33,051 nt of DNA from a bacterium. Its GTDB lineage: Bacteria > JADJOY01. Below are positions 29,196 through 33,051 of the stretch, one piece after another; the stretch's first letter is position 1, and each line of letters opens with the position of its first letter. The DNA lies in NCBI GenBank assembly GCA_046331705.1, contig JAXLQJ010000072.1:1-33051 (forward strand), given 5' to 3'. A program made the translations under genes and the position numbers. The notes beneath the pieces are model-generated. The model searched no databases. It saw nothing but the letters and a program-made list of their open reading frames with translations, and was not told where the DNA came from.

Positions 29196-29636
29196 CTATT
29201 GAGGGTTATCACGGGAACCAAACCGGTTTGGTCCGGTGGTGCCCGGTGTGATGAACAAAACCAGCGGGAAAAGTAGCCAGCAAACGATGCCGAAGATGAG
29301 TGAGATGAACCGAAAGTCGGGGAACAGTAGAGCGACGGGAACCGGAAGAAGCGATACGAGACACCACGCCGCTGACTCTCCGATATCATGGAGACGCCTG
29401 CAGACGGCAGAATAGTACAGTCCAACTGACACAATCAGCCACACCGCTATCACCATGATTATGATGACGATGATGTCCGGCGGGTGTTGGATGGGTCCGG
29501 TAGTTCCCCGAAGCGGTTCGACACCAAAGTGATAGGCCAGGTAGGTGCCGGAGTTGATAAGTATCCAGCTAAATAGGAATCTTCGCCGGCCAAGCCGGCC
29601 GCGAACCGGAAAAAGATCGAAGCGTGCTGCAGGCAT
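29196..29636 (-). CDS. DUF805 (YhaH/YhaI-like) membrane protein, low GC
   Basis: GRLGRRRF, RRLHDIGES, PGTTGPNRFG, hydrophobic helices. Sampled 60-bp lines are about 45-53% GC. Confidence 0.88.
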   Translation of the reverse strand: MPAARFDLFPVRGRLGRRRFLFSWILINSGTYLAYHFGVEPLRGTTGPIQHPPDIIVIIIMVIAVWLIVSVGLYYSAVCRRLHDIGESAAWCLVSLLPVPVALLFPDFRFISLIFGIVCWLLFPLVLFITPGTTGPNRFGSRDNPQ

Positions 29637-29737
29637 ATTATCAGCCTTTCGAACTGTTACTTTGGCCCTACTTTTGAATCGCTCGCACATGTGAAGCGGC
29701 AACAATTGACTTCAGCGCAAAAAAACCGAGGAGAGGA

Positions 29738-31630
29738 TCACCTCACCCACCGTCCATACCAGTACGTGTACCGGAAGTCCACGCCGGGGATGAGGCGGCT
29801 GCCGTCGCCGCCGCCGTTGGGGTCGTAGGGGTTGGACCGCCAGTAGTAGTTGCTGGGTGGTCGGACGGCGAAGGGGATTGGCTGAACGGTGATGAGCTCG
29901 TCGTTGCGGCCGACGTAGCCGAGGACGTCGAGGTGGGTGCCGTCGTCGGCGGTGCACGAGCCGGAGGCGATCTCGGTGTCGTCGCAGTTCGTGCGGGCGA
30001 TGTCCCAGAAGGGTGGCACCGGAAATGCCTTCAGGGTGGCGATGCCCTTGGCGAGGGCTTCGGCGTCGGGGCGGCGCGGGAAGCGGGTGTAGGCGGAGGC
30101 GTCGGCGATGCCGGCGGAATACGTGAAGTCGTAAAGCGTCTGACCCTGCTCGATGGGCTGGCGGGTGCCCGGTTTCGAGTAGAACTTCCACTTGAGGCTC
30201 GTGATGAGGTCCGCTCGGGCGTCGGGATCGGTGACGTAGCGCTGCGCCAGCAGCAATCCCTGGCCGACCATGTTCACGGCGCTGAAGTTCGTCTGGTAGC
30301 CGACGTCCACGCCCACCAGGTTGGCGGCGACGATGTCGCCGAAGCGGCGGGCGCCGATGAGCTGATCGTAGAGATAGCTCTCGAGCGCGGCGTCGCCGCT
30401 CACGTACGCAAACGAGGACACGATGCCGAGGGACATGGCGGCGTAGAAGCCGTCCTTCACGGGCAGGAAGGGCAGGTAGATCCGGTCGAAGGCGTTCTCG
30501 TTCAGGTAGGCATGGAACGTGGGGCGGCCGTCGGCGTCCTGGATCTCGAGGTCGTAGCCGCTCGCTTGCACGGTCGAGAGCATGCGGCCGAGTGCGGCGG
30601 CGTCTGCCTGCAGTCGCGTGCGCACGTCGTCGCCGAAGGTGGGGTCGGCCGCGATCACCTCCCAGGCGGCGCCCATCGCGGCGGCCCAGCCGATGAACTG
30701 GTCGCGGCTACACGAGTCTTCCCAGATGTAGTTCGGAAAGAGCCCCCCCGAGTTGTCCTCGCGCCACGTGCCGTTGTTCTTCTCGGGCGGCAGCGGATTG
30801 CCGTTCTCGTCGAAGAGCGGTGTGGTGGGTTGCGTCACTCCGTCGCCCGGGATGTCGCGGCGGATGAAGCCGCGCGCGATGACGCCGTCCACACCGGTGA
30901 TCGCCACCGCGAGGTGCAGCGCGTCCAGCGCCGCCAGCAGGTGCTGTCGCGCTCGCGCGGTCTCGTCGGCGGGATAGCCCTCGTCGCGCAGCACGCCGTA
31001 GCGATACGCATCGGCGGCGATTCCCACGCCCGCGTAGAGACCGGCGGTCTTCGCCCAGCCGGTGACGGTGTCGTAGATCGATTGGCCGGCGTAGGCCTCG
31101 AAATCCCAGCCGTCGGTTTCCTGCAGGAACGAGCGGATGAGCTCACGATCGACGACGCGATCGTTCGCGACGGTGAGGTCCGCGTTGATGGCCATCGGAG
31201 CGGCGTTGAAGACGTGGAACTGGCGGTCGTACTTTCGCGCCAGGGCTTCGAGGTCGGCGTCGTAGCCGTACTCGGTGGGACCGGGAATCATCGAGCCGCG
31301 GCAGGCCAGCGCACCGCTGGTCACCACGAAGTCGTCCGCGGAGCTCTGTGTCTCGCCGAGGGCGACGACGCGAACCGGTGCCGTCACCGCACCGGCGGGA
31401 ACCACCACGTCGATCGCGGTTTGCGACCAGCCGCGGACCTCGGTCGCCTCGACGTCGCCGAAGAAGACCTGGCTCGCATCCTGGGTGAACCCGAAGTTCT
31501 CGCCGCGGATGCGTACCACGTTGCCGACACAGCTCTGCGGCGGCTCGATGGAGCCGATGGTGTGGCAGCCGGCGAGCACGGCGAGCAGCAGCGTGGCGAG
31601 GACGGGGCGGAGGGGACGAGAAGAGCGCAT
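29738..31630 (-). CDS. Uncharacterised lipoprotein with an N-terminal IPT/TIG domain and a large helical domain
   Basis: ATG 31630 after AGGAG; lipobox LAGC; IPT signature VRIRGENFG..VFFG..WSQTAIDVVVP. Downstream domain has ITGVDGVIARG and SRDQ. Confidence 0.82.
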   Translation of the reverse strand: MRSSRPLRPVLATLLLAVLAGCHTIGSIEPPQSCVGNVVRIRGENFGFTQDASQVFFGDVEATEVRGWSQTAIDVVVPAGAVTAPVRVVALGETQSSADDFVVTSGALACRGSMIPGPTEYGYDADLEALARKYDRQFHVFNAAPMAINADLTVANDRVVDRELIRSFLQETDGWDFEAYAGQSIYDTVTGWAKTAGLYAGVGIAADAYRYGVLRDEGYPADETARARQHLLAALDALHLAVAITGVDGVIARGFIRRDIPGDGVTQPTTPLFDENGNPLPPEKNNGTWREDNSGGLFPNYIWEDSCSRDQFIGWAAAMGAAWEVIAADPTFGDDVRTRLQADAAALGRMLSTVQASGYDLEIQDADGRPTFHAYLNENAFDRIYLPFLPVKDGFYAAMSLGIVSSFAYVSGDAALESYLYDQLIGARRFGDIVAANLVGVDVGYQTNFSAVNMVGQGLLLAQRYVTDPDARADLITSLKWKFYSKPGTRQPIEQGQTLYDFTYSAGIADASAYTRFPRRPDAEALAKGIATLKAFPVPPFWDIARTNCDDTEIASGSCTADDGTHLDVLGYVGRNDELITVQPIPFAVRPPSNYYWRSNPYDPNGGGDGSRLIPGVDFRYTYWYGRWVR

Positions 31631-31713
31631 CGGTGTGCTCCTGGGAGGTCGTTCCGCGCGCGAAGGTCGCGCGCACGGCGGTCGGGCGGAAACTCGCCCG
31701 GAGGGAGTCGGGT

Positions 31714-32889
31714 TCATTCCGCGTGTGAGCGCCACGGTGCGCGGGCGTGGAGCGTCCGGCGACGGCAACGGCCCACTCGAAGGAGCGCGATCGATACGAA
31801 CGCCACCGTGCTGAGCGCGGCGCCGGCTCCGAGTGGCGACTCGGACGAGCGGCTCGCGGGCGCGATGGTGCCGCCGCAGCCGGTGCAGTTCGGGATGCAC
31901 GGGTCGACGAGTGCCGGCGCCGCGCGCCGCGCCGGCGAATCCTCCGCGCCGCCGGCGAGGGCGTCGGGCACGGTGAACGTCGCGCTCACGGGGAAGTGGT
32001 CGGACGGATAGCCGCACGAGAAACCCGTGTGCACGATCGCGGCGCTCGCGGGAGCGAATTCCGCCGTGTGCAGCACGAAATCGATTCGCGAGCCCGCGGT
32101 CTCACCGGTGTAGTCGTGGAACGTGGCTTCGTTCGCGCCCACGGACGGGAACACCTCGCGGTAGCTGTCGCCGAGCTGAAACCCACCGGGATCGTTCGCA
32201 CCGCGCAGCGTGGTCACGGCCAGGCTGCTCTCGCCCGCGTTCAGGTCGCCCATGACGACGAGCGGCAGCCCGCCCGAGAGCTCGTCGATCTTCTGACGCA
32301 CGAGCGCGGCGGATTGCTCGCGCGAGCTCTGACACGCGTTGTCCCAGTGGGTGTCGAGCACGAAGTAATCGAGGCCGCTCTGGGCATCGTGGAGCTTCAT
32401 CCAGCTCGCGATGCGGATCGAGCCCGAGCACGGGAACACGGTGCCGGGAACGTCGGGCGTGTTGCTGAGCCAGAAGGTGCCTTGATCGAGCCGCGTGAAG
32501 CGGTCCGCGCGGTAGAACATCCCCGAGAACTCGCCCAGGTTGTGGCCGTCGTTACGCCCGACGCCGTAGAAGTCGTAGCCGGGCAGGCGCGCTTGCAGGT
32601 CGAAGACCTGGTTGTAGAGCGCTTCTTGCACGCCGACGATGTCCGGCGCCTGGTCGAGGATCGTGTTCGCGACGCGATCGCGGCGCGGCCCGCAGGTGTA
32701 GAGCCAGCCGGTCGGATCGGTGAGGCTCGAGAGGCCGCCTCCGTCGTAGCGGATGTTGAAGCTCATGACCTCGAGCGTGGCCGCACGCGCCGCGGTTGCT
32801 GCGCCCAGCGTTGCCAGCGCGAGGCTGACGAGCGTGCGGAGTCGTCGCGCGCGGTGGGGCGATCGTCCGCCGTATCCCGGGGATTGCAT
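31714..32889 (-). CDS. Endonuclease/exonuclease/phosphatase (EEP) family protein with a Cys/TM/Arg C-terminal tail
   Basis: ATG 32889 after AGGAG; signal peptide; MSFNIRY, GVQEA, THWD, MGDLNA, RIDFV, SDHFPV; tail CTGCGG..hydrophobic..RCRRR. Confidence 0.9.
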   Translation of the reverse strand: MQSPGYGGRSPHRARRLRTLVSLALATLGAATAARAATLEVMSFNIRYDGGGLSSLTDPTGWLYTCGPRRDRVANTILDQAPDIVGVQEALYNQVFDLQARLPGYDFYGVGRNDGHNLGEFSGMFYRADRFTRLDQGTFWLSNTPDVPGTVFPCSGSIRIASWMKLHDAQSGLDYFVLDTHWDNACQSSREQSAALVRQKIDELSGGLPLVVMGDLNAGESSLAVTTLRGANDPGGFQLGDSYREVFPSVGANEATFHDYTGETAGSRIDFVLHTAEFAPASAAIVHTGFSCGYPSDHFPVSATFTVPDALAGGAEDSPARRAAPALVDPCIPNCTGCGGTIAPASRSSESPLGAGAALSTVAFVSIALLRVGRCRRRTLHARAPWRSHAE

Positions 32890-33051
32890 CGGGTGGTCTC
32901 TCCTGGAATCCGAGTGATGGAGGGAGCCGGTGGCGCGCGTCCTCGCTGCTTCGCTGCGCGAGGTCGCCACGCGGCCGCCGTCGATTGTCCCATCCGGCCG
33001 GCGTGGGTCGCAACGCGCCCCACTCGGCGCGAATCCAGCCGGCGTGCGAGC

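Noticed and set aside
28642-29251. Small ORFs inside the repeats (28642..28923, 28694..29251, 28507..28770 and others)
   Set aside because: Substitutions between the two copies are largely non-synonymous in these frames; the only protein-like part is the RAYT fragment.
32935-33051. Short GCCGGCGTG repeats and a hairpin at the window end
   Set aside because: Too short, GC-rich and cut by the window edge to distinguish from chance.

Overview
This is a 33-kb window of very GC-rich (roughly 70%) bacterial DNA. MYXO-CTERM-like protein tails, many lipoproteins and sigma54-type promoter motifs suggest Myxococcota or a related deltaproteobacterial lineage (inference). At least seven otherwise normal genes carry single-base frameshifts, most likely long-read assembly indels, so several CDS were stitched across frames by hand. 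Most genes encode exported hydrolases or surface proteins: a metallophosphoesterase, an M28 peptidase, an apparent GDPD-SGNH fusion, a GH5 endoglycoceramidase-like enzyme, an SGNH hydrolase, an EEP phosphatase, vWA/VIT proteins, an NxxGxxAF repeat protein and two distant paralogues of an unrecognised lipoprotein family. Also present are rnd, csbD, a ThiF/MoeB-family gene, an acyl-CoA dehydrogenase, an HWE hybrid kinase and a dienelactone hydrolase. A mobile-DNA patch at about 24.9-29.7 kb holds a tRNA 3'-end-like relic, a truncated DDE transposase, a Phd-VapC toxin-antitoxin pair, a RAYT-type HUH (Y1) transposase and a low-GC DUF805 gene. The RAYT locus is the most unusual part. It has a cluster of strong hairpins and a sigma54-like promoter upstream. 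Downstream lie two ~213-bp structured direct repeats separated by a 68-bp copy of the RAYT catalytic-tyrosine region that differs from the gene only at third codon positions.
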